Assembly: GCA_963727895.1 (NCBI GenBank)
Contig: CAVSHT010000003.1
Span: 224,001 to 288,000, forward strand
DNA from: an uncultured Methanosarcinaceae archaeon
GTDB taxonomy: Archaea > Halobacteriota > Methanosarcinia > Methanosarcinales > Methanosarcinaceae
Reading direction: 5' to 3'
DNA: 64,000 nucleotides
Part shown: in pieces, positions 33,761-44,825 of the stretch
Numbering within the stretch: position 1 is the first letter of the stretch
Layout of the letters: every line of letters begins with the position of its first letter
Position numbers and translations under genes: made by a program
Notes under the pieces: generated by a model
Database searches by the model: none
What the model saw: only the letters and a program-made list of their open reading frames with translations
Told to the model about the DNA's origin: nothing

Positions 33761-34114
33761 TCAGAGGGCAGTTTTTAAGACTTCATTAAGCTCATCCATA
33801 ATTATTTCTCCCTCTTCAGCGGTCCCAACTGTTGTCACCAATCTTATTTCTTGGAAGCTCCGACCTTCAGAGAGCAATAACCTTAAATTTCCTCTGGCAT
33901 CTGCACGCAATACCTTTCCGGTAAGACTTCCTCCTGCAGTGCCTTTTACAGAAATTACGGATGGGATTATCTTTTTTATCTCAGAGTGCTGACTTACAAG
34001 TTTTACAAGCTTTTTACCAGCCCTTCCTCCGATAATTGTTGCATGGGCTCCACCAAGTTTATTTTTATAGGATCTTTGCGCGTTTTCTTGTAATTTACTT
34101 TTATTTTCTGTCAT
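33761..34114 (-). CDS. DUF2103-like putative metal-binding protein
   Basis: KLGGAHATIIGGR and FQEIRLVTT motifs. Confidence 0.7.
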   Translation of the reverse strand: MTENKSKLQENAQRSYKNKLGGAHATIIGGRAGKKLVKLVSQHSEIKKIIPSVISVKGTAGGSLTGKVLRADARGNLRLLLSEGRSFQEIRLVTTVGTAEEGEIIMDELNEVLKTAL

Positions 34115-34401
34115 TCTAGTCAAACCGGTAACCTATTCTTCTAACAATTTTTCCTTATCTTATTTATCCCTTTTTATATTTATCATGTGTCTATTTATCC
34201 GATTTAACTCTCGCAACATTAAAATTCTAAGGAAGTCTCTCTTGTGATTACTATTCTCTACAAAAGGTTTGAACTGAAGCTAGAAGCTATAAAAATAAGA
34301 CATTCCAGAATCCTTACACACAAATGAATCTGCAGGAATCTGGATCTTTTGGTTATTTTTAAAAATTGCCTTATTTTCCGGAAAACCCGTTTTCTTTAAA
34401 A

Positions 34402-34839
34402 TTAAATCTTTTCAAGTTCTTTCATACTTATGAGTTTGATGCCATCTTCTTCAAGTGTTTTTATTGCTTTTTCAATATCATTCACTCTTACTATTAGAAG
34501 GGCGTTTTGATCTCTAGTGACAAAGGCATATGCATAATCAATGTTGATCTTAACTTTTCCGAACACTTCTGCAATATGGGACATGCTACCAGGAACGTCC
34601 TCCATTTCGATTCCCAGTACGGTCGTTTCCGAAACTGTAAATCCTGCATCATGGAGTACACTGTGCGCATAATCAGATCTGTCCACAACCATGCGGATTA
34701 TTCCAAAGTCTCCTGACTCGGCAATGGTAAATGCCCTTATATTTATACCAGCGCTTTTCAATTTATTTGCAACGTTTGCGAGTCTACCAGGTTTATTTTC
34801 CGCAAAGAGGGAAATCTGCTTTATTATTTTATCTTCCAT
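34402..34839 (-). CDS. Tandem ACT-domain protein
   Basis: ENKPGRLA ... NIRAFTIAESGDFGIIR; second ACT DVPGSM ... NIDYAYAF; downstream of paaK. Confidence 0.9.
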   Translation of the reverse strand: MEDKIIKQISLFAENKPGRLANVANKLKSAGINIRAFTIAESGDFGIIRMVVDRSDYAHSVLHDAGFTVSETTVLGIEMEDVPGSMSHIAEVFGKVKINIDYAYAFVTRDQNALLIVRVNDIEKAIKTLEEDGIKLISMKELEKI

Positions 34840-34952
34840 TCCAGCACCCTTGTCCTTATATTGCTTGTTCGTATTCTCTTACCTTTTTTAATTAGTATAG
34901 GTATAAGCTTCTATGTATATTTTAATCTTACATGCTTTTTTCAGTCTTTTAC

Positions 34953-34976
34953 AGTTAGTTAGTTAGTTAGTTAGTT
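34953..34976. repeat. (AGTT)6 microsatellite
   Basis: Six perfect 4-bp units between paaK and the ACT gene. Confidence 0.9.
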
Positions 34977-35102
34977 TATTTTGCACTTAATAATTTGCTG
35001 TTACATCTTATATTCTGGGTTGATGAAAAATTCGAAAAAAATAGGTAAAAAATTGAAGCTGCAAGAATTCTAAATTCTGCAGTTTTTGAATCGATAACGC
35101 TC

Positions 35103-36407
35103 TCAAATCTTTCGCTTGTCGATAACTTTCTTTGATTTTCCTTCCGAGCGAGGTAAGAAACCATGTTCTACCAGTTCTACTTCGACTGCAAGATTTAGTA
35201 CGCTTTTAAGGGCACTTGCAATATTCTTTTTAAGTTTCATTATGTCTGATATTTTATCACTAAATGCAGATTCATGCATCTCTATCTGAACTGTCATGGT
35301 ATCAAGAGGCCCAATTCTATCTACAATTATCATGAAATGATTCCCAACTTCAGGGATTTTCATAAGAACTGATTCGATCTGCCCAGGGAATACGTTAATT
35401 CCACGCACGATAATCATATCATCTGAACGTCCACTAATGCGTGTAATTCTTGGATGAGTTCTCCCGCACACGCAGGGCTCTGAAAGCTTTCGAGTTAGGT
35501 CTCTTACTCTATAGCGAATTAGAGGAAGAGCTTCTTTAGCAAGGGTTGTTATGACTAGTTCTCCAAGTTCACCATCAGGAACAGGTTCACCTGTATTTGG
35601 GTCAAGGATTTCAACAAGGAATTTGTCTGCCCATATATGAATCCCACATTGTTCTGAACATTCGGTAAAAAGAGGGCCGCTCATTTCTGAGGTTCCATAA
35701 ATATCATAAGCTTTAATCCCAGATTCATTTTCTATACGTTTTTTTAGTTCCTCAGACCAGGGTTCGGCTCCAAAAAATCCTCTTTTTAATTTCGTGTCGT
35801 ACCTGATGCTAATGCCTTCTTTTCTTGCAGTCTCAATCATGTATAGAAAGTAAGAAGGTGTGCAGGCTATAGCAGTGACTTCAAGGTCTCTCATTAGTTC
35901 AAGTTGACGTTCTGTATTTCCAGAACTTGTAGGAAGTACGGTTGCACCTAGCTTTTCACTGCCATAATGGGCACCTAAACCACCTGTAAAAAGTCCATAA
36001 CCGTAACTTACCTGAAGAATATCATCTTTACCCATTCCTACAGAAGTAAAGCCCCTTGCAAGAGATTCTGCCCATTCGTCTATATCTTTCTGGGTATACC
36101 CTACGACTGTCGGTTTGCCTGTTGTACCTGAAGAGGCATGATAACGAGCGAGTTTCGAATTCGGAACACAAAACATGCCATTTGGATAGGTATCTCTGAG
36201 ATCCTGCTTGATTGTAAAAGGTAATTTTCTTACATCTTCAAGAGTTTGGATGTCTTCAGGCTTAACACCATGCTCGTCGAACTTTTTTCTATAAAAAGGG
36301 GAGTTTTCATACACATAATGTACAAGTTGCTTCAACTTTTCTTCTTGCAGCTTTTTTAAGTCCTCTGCGGGCATTGTCTCGATTTCAGGGTCCCAGTATT
36401 CTGGCAT
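35103..36407 (-). CDS. paaK: Phenylacetate--CoA ligase family protein
   Basis: HASSGTTGKP, YGYGLFTGG, YDIYGTSE, GRSDDMIIVRGINVFP; start placed at MPEYW. Confidence 0.9.
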   Translation of the reverse strand: MPEYWDPEIETMPAEDLKKLQEEKLKQLVHYVYENSPFYRKKFDEHGVKPEDIQTLEDVRKLPFTIKQDLRDTYPNGMFCVPNSKLARYHASSGTTGKPTVVGYTQKDIDEWAESLARGFTSVGMGKDDILQVSYGYGLFTGGLGAHYGSEKLGATVLPTSSGNTERQLELMRDLEVTAIACTPSYFLYMIETARKEGISIRYDTKLKRGFFGAEPWSEELKKRIENESGIKAYDIYGTSEMSGPLFTECSEQCGIHIWADKFLVEILDPNTGEPVPDGELGELVITTLAKEALPLIRYRVRDLTRKLSEPCVCGRTHPRITRISGRSDDMIIVRGINVFPGQIESVLMKIPEVGNHFMIIVDRIGPLDTMTVQIEMHESAFSDKISDIMKLKKNIASALKSVLNLAVEVELVEHGFLPRSEGKSKKVIDKRKI

Positions 36408-36903
36408 TTTTTCACACTCTGTATATCTTGTATTCTGGGCTTTCAATATTAGGCCAGATATTATTGAATTTATTTGAATCTATTATTTGTGTCCTGTCAA
36501 GGGAATGTTTTAATCTCGGTTCTTTTTAATATTACTTTCTTACCCGAGTTTCATCTAAGTAGTCTAGCATTATTTCGAGTGGATATATTCTTTCAAAAAA
36601 TATAATATGAAAATTAACTGTATTAATATGAAAGTTAAGATAGATTCTAATATAAATATTAGATGTTAGGCTAAAAAAGATTTTTTTAAGTAAATCTACA
36701 GTTGATTCCATAATAATTAAAAGGCTGTAGAGCATCCAAACTCTGATTTTTAAGTTGCCTGGTAAGTTCACTACTTTTTAATTTAATTAATTTAGTTGGA
36801 TTCAGTGTCTATAATATTTTAACATTTACAAAACTTTATCTTATGCTTTGAAGTAAGGACTTCTAACTCTTATTCTGAGTATCTCTTTCTATTATTTCAA
36901 TAA

Positions 36904-37911
36904 TCACTCATTCTCAAACTCTTTTATTTCATCATTAAAAGATATCTCTTTTGACTTTCCTTTAAGTGATACTTCTAATATTTTCTTTGTTTCTTCTCTG
37001 CACTTATTCAACACTTCGTTCATGTCAGCTATTACATCAATTCCTGCAGCTCCTGAATGTCCACCGCCAGTGCCATTATATTCGTTACTGATATTTTCCA
37101 TTATTTGGCCAAGATTAACTCCAGCATTTACAGCATCACGTTTTGCTCTTGCACTTATTCTTACACTTTCACCTTTAGTAGTACCAACAAAAGCAACATC
37201 TGCACCGATGTTAATGAGCATGGAAGATGCGGAGCCTCCAAAAGAGCTGACATGGGAGGATGCAATTAACATTTCCTCTACTCTATCGAGTTCCAAACGA
37301 CTTGCAGCTTTCAGGATAGCTATTCGCATGGAAATATCCTGTGGGGTAGCAGCCATCAGGTCTAAAACTTCTCCGTATTCTACTCCACTATCCTCTATTA
37401 TTTTTGCTACTGTCTTAAATGTGTCCGCCGATGCATGTTTAAAATGTCCGGTATCTGTTACAATTCCTGTGAGCATTCCAATTCCAACTCGTCGGTTAAT
37501 CGGTGCTCCCATTTCTTTTAAGATATTGTAAACTATTTCTACTGTAGAAGTACTGTTTCTGTGTAAAAAAAACTCGGAATTTTCGGTAAGAGCCGTAGTT
37601 GTATGATGATCAATCACACAATACTTTGTTATTTCCATATCATTTAATTGAGCCTTTGTCGAAGTATCAACCACTACAACAAAACCGTAATCAGCTGGAT
37701 TGGGCTTATCTACAATTTCAATTCTAAGTCTTTCTATAAGTACAGAAGCTACACGGTTACAGCCATCCACAAGTCCAACAGTACCACCTATCGCTTCTGA
37801 AAGGGCAAAAGCACTGCTAATCGCATCCGGATCTGCATTCCGGTGGCACAAATACAAAATATCTCGATAGTCAAGGAGCCGGTTGAAAAACTCCGCTTCA
37901 TTAACTTCCAT
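36904..37911 (-). CDS. DHH/DHHA1 phosphoesterase
   Basis: HRNADPDA, VVDT, IDHH, TDTG, GGGHSGAAG. Confidence 0.92.
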   Translation of the reverse strand: MEVNEAEFFNRLLDYRDILYLCHRNADPDAISSAFALSEAIGGTVGLVDGCNRVASVLIERLRIEIVDKPNPADYGFVVVVDTSTKAQLNDMEITKYCVIDHHTTTALTENSEFFLHRNSTSTVEIVYNILKEMGAPINRRVGIGMLTGIVTDTGHFKHASADTFKTVAKIIEDSGVEYGEVLDLMAATPQDISMRIAILKAASRLELDRVEEMLIASSHVSSFGGSASSMLINIGADVAFVGTTKGESVRISARAKRDAVNAGVNLGQIMENISNEYNGTGGGHSGAAGIDVIADMNEVLNKCREETKKILEVSLKGKSKEISFNDEIKEFENE

Positions 37912-38045
37912 TATCCACTCTGGCTATCGTTTATATAGGTATCAATCTCCTCGAATTCAATAATTTCGAGATTTCTGCATAACTTATATGATTTTTGGCA
38001 AAGCTGATTTTATTTCCTATTTTCATGTTTGAAAATAAAAAATAA

Positions 38046-38399
38046 TTATTGCGCTCTTGTACCCAAAACCTGCTGAAGCTGCTCTTGAAGCTGTTTAAAG
38101 CGAGATGTGAGTCTTTCTTCCTGCCTGGAGATTGACTGAAGCCTGAGTGATAGAGTTTCTTCTCTGTCTTTTAGTTTTGCAATGGAATCTTCTCTGGTTG
38201 TTTTTATCACCAGTTCCCCTACATTGCGATAGATCACTGCATCATCAGTAAGCCTTTCGAGTTCGTCAAGAGCCATCTTTGACTCTTTTTGCATAGCTTC
38301 AATCTGTGATTTTTGCATAGCCAGAGCTTGTATCTGTTGCTGTATCTGCTGAAGCTGTGCTATCTGGTTCTGAACTTGGGGGGGTAATTCTGCAGTCAT
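38046..38399 (-). CDS. pfdB: Prefoldin subunit beta
   Basis: ELPPQVQ start, coiled coils flanking the IYRNVGELVI hairpin. Confidence 0.95.
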   Translation of the reverse strand: MTAELPPQVQNQIAQLQQIQQQIQALAMQKSQIEAMQKESKMALDELERLTDDAVIYRNVGELVIKTTREDSIAKLKDREETLSLRLQSISRQEERLTSRFKQLQEQLQQVLGTRAQ

Positions 38400-38820
38400 G
38401 TAATTTTCACCTGAGTCTTCAATAAACCTGAAGGGATTTTAATGTTTCTGTCCTTGCAGCTTTCGAAAATCTTCCTTTGCCACCATTAAACTACAACTAC
38501 TTTATATAAATCTGAACAATGGGTTAATCTTAATAAGTATACAGTGTAATAATTATTGATCTGAACTGAACATGACTTAATTATATAACTTAATTAATTC
38601 CCAATATGGGGATTATGAAGATAACTTGCTAAGGAATAATTATAAAAGTTATTTCCCTTTTATTATAAAAGTCATTTCTCTGATGAACGATTGTAATAAA
38701 TAATTTAAAACGAATAATCATAAATGAATAATTATAATTATTCTCATTAACTTATACTTAGTTCCATTAAAATCAATTTCACATTTAATAAATTTATTAC
38801 TGTACAGGAGATATCCGAAA

Positions 38821-39894
38821 ATGGAAAAAAGTGTAAATCTTAGAGAAATAAAATCTCTTCTTGAGAAATTCACAAATGCTCATGGCATCTCAGGCTCTGA
38901 ATCTGATATAAGAGAACTTCTTGAAAAGGAAATTGAGCCTTATGTTGATACAATCCGAAAAGATTGCATGGGGAACCTTATAGCTGTCAAAAAAGGGGAA
39001 GGTCCTTCCATAATGCTGGCTGCTCATATGGATGAAATCGGGCTCATGGCCAGGTATATTGATGATAATGGTTTCCTAAGGTTTGTCGGGATTGGAGGAT
39101 GGTTTGATCAGACTCTTCTTAACCAACGAGTTGTAGTTCATGGAAAGAAGGGTTCAATTCCAGGAGTTATCGGTTCCAAGCCTCCTCATGTAATGAAAGA
39201 CGAAGACCGGAAAAAGCCTGTAAAGCTTGATGATATGTTTATCGATATCGGAGCAAAAGACAGGGAAGATGCTGAGAACCTGGGAATTGAGATTGGTACG
39301 CCAGTCTCTATCGACCGAGAATTTGTGTCTCTGGCAAACGGAAAAATAACTTCCAAAGCCCTTGACAACCGTGCAGGCGTTGTGATCCTGCTTGAGGTTA
39401 TGAAACGGCTTTCCAAACATAAAATTGAAGCAAATATCTATGCTGTAGGGACTGTTCAAGAAGAGGTCGGATTGAAGGGAGCAAGAACCTCTGCTTTTGG
39501 AATTTATCCCAATGTTGCGCTTGCCCTTGATACTACCATTCCTGGAGATCATCCCGGTATAAGTAAAACCGATTCTTGCCTGGAACTTGGGAAAGGTCCT
39601 GTAATTACTGTAGCTGATGCTTCTGGAAGAGGACTTATAGCTCATCCTCAGGTCCTCAAATGGCTTAAAGAAACTGCTGTTGAACATGAAATTCCCTATC
39701 AGCTGGGCGTTGGGTCAGGGGGCACAACCGATGCAACCTCAATACACCTTACAAGAGAAGGTATTCCTACAGGTACCGTCAGCATAGCCACCAGATACAT
39801 CCATTCCCCTGTTGAGGTTTTGGACACGGCAGATATTGAATCATGTGTTTCTCTCATTGTAGAAGCAATCAAAAACATAAACAAGTATTTCTAA
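38821..39894 (+). CDS. M42-family (TET-like) aminopeptidase
   Basis: AAHMDEIG, KALDNR, QEEVGLKGA, GGTTDA, RYIHSP. Confidence 0.94.
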   Translation: MEKSVNLREIKSLLEKFTNAHGISGSESDIRELLEKEIEPYVDTIRKDCMGNLIAVKKGEGPSIMLAAHMDEIGLMARYIDDNGFLRFVGIGGWFDQTLLNQRVVVHGKKGSIPGVIGSKPPHVMKDEDRKKPVKLDDMFIDIGAKDREDAENLGIEIGTPVSIDREFVSLANGKITSKALDNRAGVVILLEVMKRLSKHKIEANIYAVGTVQEEVGLKGARTSAFGIYPNVALALDTTIPGDHPGISKTDSCLELGKGPVITVADASGRGLIAHPQVLKWLKETAVEHEIPYQLGVGSGGTTDATSIHLTREGIPTGTVSIATRYIHSPVEVLDTADIESCVSLIVEAIKNINKYF

Positions 39895-40261
39895 AATTCC
39901 CTTGTGAGAATAACTCTCTAGTTTCAAGCAAGAGCTGCATAGACTTTGCTCCGTATGTTGCGGGAAAACTCTTTCAGTTCTGTTTTTTTCACTGGTTCTC
40001 TCATTTTAAAATTTTAGTGTTATCGCGACATCAGACAGATATTATTTTTTCTTTTTATAAAAATTAGATATAATGCTGGAAACTAGTGCATTGACTCTAA
40101 AGTATGTCAAAAATGAAGTTTATGAAAACCACTTAAAGCACAGAAGATACGGGAATAAGTAGTAAAGGCGTGATTCGTCCCTGCTTTCCGCGCTTCCGTG
40201 TTACAGAATTTCAGTGACATTAAATAATATTTGCGTCATAATCTGTAATTAATTTCTTATT

Positions 40262-40391
40262 GAGTCAATCCCAAAACCAACTTTATTCTCAAAATCTTAA
40301 AATTTTCAGAATTGCTTTCATAATCTGAAGCTCAAGTAATTATTGCAAATTCGAGATCTAAATAAGCGATTTTGAGTTTTGGGATAGGCTC
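40262..40391. mobile_element. 130-bp MITE-like element, copy A
   Basis: Ends GAGTCAATCCCAAAAC / GTTTTGGGATAGGCTC (14/16 inverted); internal similarity to the reverse complement of 54447-54576. Confidence 0.7.
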
Positions 40392-40448
40392 ATATTATGT
40401 ATTTATTTGAAAATCGATACACGGTTATAATTAATTTTAAAACATAAA

Positions 40449-41116
40449 CTATGCAATATCATACAATTTGAGGTAAATTTTTAGATCTTCATCATATTCT
40501 TTTTGATCAGCTGATACCAGGTCTTCAGTTACAAAATCATGATATTTATTATAAATATCATATGTACGGTAAGTACATGTAATTTTGTGGTTTTTCCAAT
40601 CTAAATTTATATCAATATCTCCTTCTCCCTCAATAAATAATTCAAAACCAGTATTTGCTCTAAATAAATACTTATTAGTGTATGCTACAAAAAGTTTAGC
40701 TACATCTAAAGCATCTTCTACTTCCTCTTTACTAGGATAAATGTATTCATGTTCTAAAAAATTTCTTTTTCTGTTTATTTTTTTCAAAATTTCTGGGGAA
40801 ATAATTCCAATGCTATTCAAGAAATTGACTTTATCAGGAAAATGCCATTTTTTGACCTTTCAGATACACCAACTCCAATTAATAAGGAATCTAATTGAGA
40901 ATCAATAGCTCTTTTGGTATTAGATAAGCAGTTAATTAAGTGATGATCATATTGAGCTGTTAAATCACAGTCAGCAAATTTAAGAAATTCACTTGGTGAT
41001 ATTTCAAAATTTGTCTCAATATTTTCAAACATATAAGTATTAACATTATCTGAGACTTCAGATGTGTTCATAAATGAATATAAAAAATCCAAATTAACTT
41101 TAACCACTAACATCAC
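40449..41116 (-). pseudogene. HEPN-like protein, single frameshift in an A-run near 40850
   Basis: Two overlapping ORFs join as ...SERSK-KWHFPDKVNFLNSIG...; N-terminal NTKRAID helix and RNFLEH (R-x4-H) motif. Confidence 0.6.
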
Positions 41117-41525
41117 TCTGAAATTTAATTCTTAAAAATACAAAGAGCTTCAATGTCCTTTAGTTTCTTCAGGTATGTCTTACAACATAGCAATTAAAGC
41201 TATAGAGACAGTGACATATATAATTAAATTACTTATAGTTATTTTCTCGTCCTCCTGTGATTTAGTCTGTTAGAGAATTTAAAAACAACTCCTTTAGTCA
41301 GAATCATCTTTGATTTCATCTGACTGTACACAGGACACTTAACAATAATATAAGTCATATATTTTATAAAACAGTTTCTAAAAAATCATTGAAAAAGAAG
41401 AAAAATAGTAAATGAAGTGAATTAATAAAGTTTTACCTTTCCCCTTAGCTACCCAGAGCAAAGAATATACCAGCTACAGCAAAGATTAAAGCGACTTCAA
41501 ATATAAGAAAGTCATAAATTATTTT

Positions 41526-42265
41526 GGCATTGGTACACAAAAATAGATATATGTGCTTATAACATATATTTCTTCATGAACTGCCCAAAATGTAATAGTT
41601 CCAGTCACAAAAAGAACGGTATAGTTGGCGGGCGTCAACGGTACAAATGCTCTGATTGTGGATATAACTATACAGTAGAGCTAAAATCAACTGCTTTTTC
41701 CGCTTCTGTAAAAAGACAAGCTTTACAACTCTATCTTGAAGGATTAGGCTTTCGTTCAATAGGAAGAGTTTTAGGGGTAAGTCATGTTTCTGTCCAAAAA
41801 TGGATAAAGAAATTTGGTCAGGAGTTAGAGGCCCTAAAAAGTGAAAATGAGATATCTATTGTTGAAATGGATGAGCTGCACACTTACATCGGTAACAAAA
41901 AAAATATTGCTGGATCTGGATTGCTGTTGATAGAGTTGGGAAAAAGTTCATCAACTGCTCTTTTGGTAGCAGAGGAACGGAAACTGGAAAACTACTCTGG
42001 GAAAAAATGAATAAAGAATACATTGGAGAAATGATGACAGATCACTGGAGAGCATATGCAGAGTTTCTTCCAGAAAAGAATCATACTCAATCAAAAGCAG
42101 AAACATTTACAGTTGAGGGATATAACAGCATATTGAGGCATTTTCTAGCAAGATTAAGAAGAAAGACAAAGTGTTATACGAAGAGTCTTGAAATGCTAAA
42201 GTACTCGGTTATTCTATTGATGAAATACAGAAATAAAGAGTTAACTATATTTAGATACTAATACC
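41526..42265 (+). mobile_element. IS1-family element, copy 3 (apparently intact)
   Basis: GGCATTGGTA ... TACTAATACC ends; insA 41576-42010 and insB frame linked by a -1 shift at AACAAAAAAAAT (about 41894-41905); no internal stops seen. Confidence 0.93.
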
Positions 42266-43127
42266 GAATATTTTTATCCAAGGATTTTATATAGCTCGTA
42301 AAAACTTTCTTTAAGAAACCTTAAAAAGCTGAAGATAGATGTACAAAATATTTCACAGGCAGATAATTTTGAATTAACGAATATTAGCTATTTCAGAAAA
42401 CTTCTACAAAATCAGAAAAATAAGCAATTAATGTGAAATTTATAATTTTTTTGAAATTTTGTACCTAAATTTATTTTATCATTTTGGCTCTTCGCTGTTA
42501 CAGTGGGCTGAAAATAATTGTTTAGTTAGAAAGTATTCAGATCAAATATGAAAACATCAAGCTTGAATGTGAGTTTCAACAACAATTTTTTATAAATATT
42601 AGATATGTCACTTTCATATAGAAAGTAGAAAATTACCCATTCGAAACAGCGAAAAGCCAAAAAAATACATGCCAGTGCGATGATCCCAAAATCGCTGTAT
42701 GACAGTTATATTCAGCAATACGAAAGAAATCATTTGTAATTCAACTGAAATCAATAATATCACAAGTGAACTAAAAACAAAATTTGAGAAGACTAAAAGT
42801 ACTCCCATAAAAAAGAATATTTGAAGAGCTATTGCATTGTGTAATCGCTATTTGTTAACTGGAAACTAAAAATACTATGGTATACCTATTGAGGAAGAGT
42901 TTTCAGAGAGGCATACCATAAACTTGGAGATCTTCCTGAAAAAACCAGGTTTCTGAGTAAAATATATGTACTCGGATATAATAAATAGAAGCTCTACAAA
43001 ATAGGACGCAATATTATATAATGTCATATATTTATTTGATTATTTTCTATATTGCTGTTTTCCTATGTTGTTGAATAAACAATTTATCTAAAAATTAAAC
43101 AATCTATAATAAAAATAAAACTGAGGG

Positions 43128-44618
43128 ATTATATTATTCGAAAATGTCCGCTTTCTGGATACTACTTTAAGAGATGGTGAACAAACACCTGGCGTTGCCC
43201 TGACAAAGGACAAGAAGCTCTTAATAGCTCGAGCGCTCGATGATATGGGAGTTTCGGTAATTGAGGCTGGTTCGGCAATCACTTCCAAAGGTGAAAGAGA
43301 GTCTATCAAGGCTGTTGCAAATGCTGGACTAAATGCTGAAATTTGCAGCTACTGCAGGATCGTAAAGTCTGACGTTGATCGTGCTCTTGAATGTGACGTT
43401 GATTCTATCCATCTTGTAGCACCTGTATCTGATCTTCATATAAGAACGAAAATCAAAAAGGATCGGGATGCAGTACGGCAGATCGCATGTGAAGTAACGG
43501 AGTATGCAAAAGACCATGGTCTGATAGTAGAACTGAGCGGAGAAGATGCTTCACGCGCAGACCCCGAATTTCTAAAGGCTATTTATTCCGATGGAATAGA
43601 TGCAGGTGCCGACAGATTGTGCTTCTGTGATACCGTAGGTCTTCTGGTACCTGAAAGGACCACCGAACTTTTCCGTGATCTTTCTTCTTCCCTGAAAGCC
43701 CCTATAAGCATTCACTGTCACAATGATTTCGGTTTTGCAACTGCAAATACTGTTGCTGCCCTTGCAGCTGGGGCAAAGCAAGCCCATGTAACTATAAACG
43801 GATTAGGAGAAAGAGCTGGTAATGCCTCTATTGAAGAGGTTGTCATGAGCCTTGAATGGCTCTATAAGCATGATACAGGTATCAAACACGAGATGATTTA
43901 TCGGACTTCGAGGCTTGTAAGCAGGCTCACAGGCATTCCAGTGTCACCTAATAAGGCTCTTGTAGGTGGAAATGCTTTCACACATGAAGCAGGTATTCAT
44001 GTTCATGGTCTTTTAGCCGATAAAGCAACCTATGAGCCGATGAGTCCCGAATATATCGGTAGGCAGCGACAGATTGTACTTGGAAAACATGCAGGACGCA
44101 GCTCGGTTACCCTTGCCTTAAAGGAAATGGGACTTGTGGCTGATGGCAGCCAGATTGAGGAGATTTTCAACCGCGTCAAGCAGATGGGTGACCAGGGAAA
44201 GCATGTAACTGATGCTGATCTTCAAACTATCGCAGAGACAGTACTGGATATCTATAAAGAACCAGTTGTAAAACTGGAAGAATTCACTATTGTATCTGGA
44301 AACCGGGTGACTCCAACCGCATCAATAAAACTCAACGTAAAAGATAAAGCCATAGTGCAGGCAGGAATAGGTAACGGACCTGTAGATGCTGTAATTAATG
44401 CTATCCGGAGAGCCGTAAGTTCCTGTGCCGAAGATATCATTCTTGAAGAATATCATGTAGACTCAATCACTGGCGGAACCGATGCCCTTGTTGAAGTAAG
44501 GGTAAAACTTTCCAAGGATGGAAAAGTAGTTACCGCAAGTGGAGCCAGGACGGATATTATTATAGCTTCCGTAGAAGCTGTAATGAACGGTATGAATCGC
44601 CTTATCCGAGTCGAATGA
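43128..44618 (+). CDS. cimA: (R)-citramalate synthase / LeuA-family DRE-TIM metallolyase; start codon non-canonical
   Basis: DTTLRDGEQTPG, HCHNDFG, GERAGNA, HEAGIH, LGKHAG, LeuA-type regulatory domain (GNGPVDA); heads the ilvB-ilvH-ilvC cluster. cimA versus leuA not provable by eye. Confidence 0.8.
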   Translation: MILFENVRFLDTTLRDGEQTPGVALTKDKKLLIARALDDMGVSVIEAGSAITSKGERESIKAVANAGLNAEICSYCRIVKSDVDRALECDVDSIHLVAPVSDLHIRTKIKKDRDAVRQIACEVTEYAKDHGLIVELSGEDASRADPEFLKAIYSDGIDAGADRLCFCDTVGLLVPERTTELFRDLSSSLKAPISIHCHNDFGFATANTVAALAAGAKQAHVTINGLGERAGNASIEEVVMSLEWLYKHDTGIKHEMIYRTSRLVSRLTGIPVSPNKALVGGNAFTHEAGIHVHGLLADKATYEPMSPEYIGRQRQIVLGKHAGRSSVTLALKEMGLVADGSQIEEIFNRVKQMGDQGKHVTDADLQTIAETVLDIYKEPVVKLEEFTIVSGNRVTPTASIKLNVKDKAIVQAGIGNGPVDAVINAIRRAVSSCAEDIILEEYHVDSITGGTDALVEVRVKLSKDGKVVTASGARTDIIIASVEAVMNGMNRLIRVE

Positions 44619-44825
44619 TTCCAGAAAGGACAAATTTTAAAAATTTCTCAGGAGGGCTTTTTTGTCCTCTCTCTTTTTCCAATTGTATAAATTTTAAAAT
44701 AGCATCTTCTTGACGTTTCTGAAATCGGGATAAACACTTATCCATATATACCATGATTGATTATGAAATATTTGTGAAATTTATAACGAAACATTTTTAG
44801 AGATAAATATTTCTGATAAATGCAC

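Noticed and set aside
34953..34976. (AGTT)6 as a phase-variation switch
   Set aside because: Intergenic and upstream of the apparent TATA region of the ACT gene; no evidence of function
36532..36771. Short AT-rich ORFs (also 10650-10850, 57095-57289, 57735-57938)
   Set aside because: Low-complexity F/I/L/N composition expected by chance in AT-rich spacers; no RBS or motif
43144..43170. Out-of-frame mini-ORF MSAFWILL* as a leader peptide or frameshift start for cimA
   Set aside because: It lies inside the conserved coding region, is 16 nt from the SD-like site, and would need an unsupported -1 shift; probably incidental
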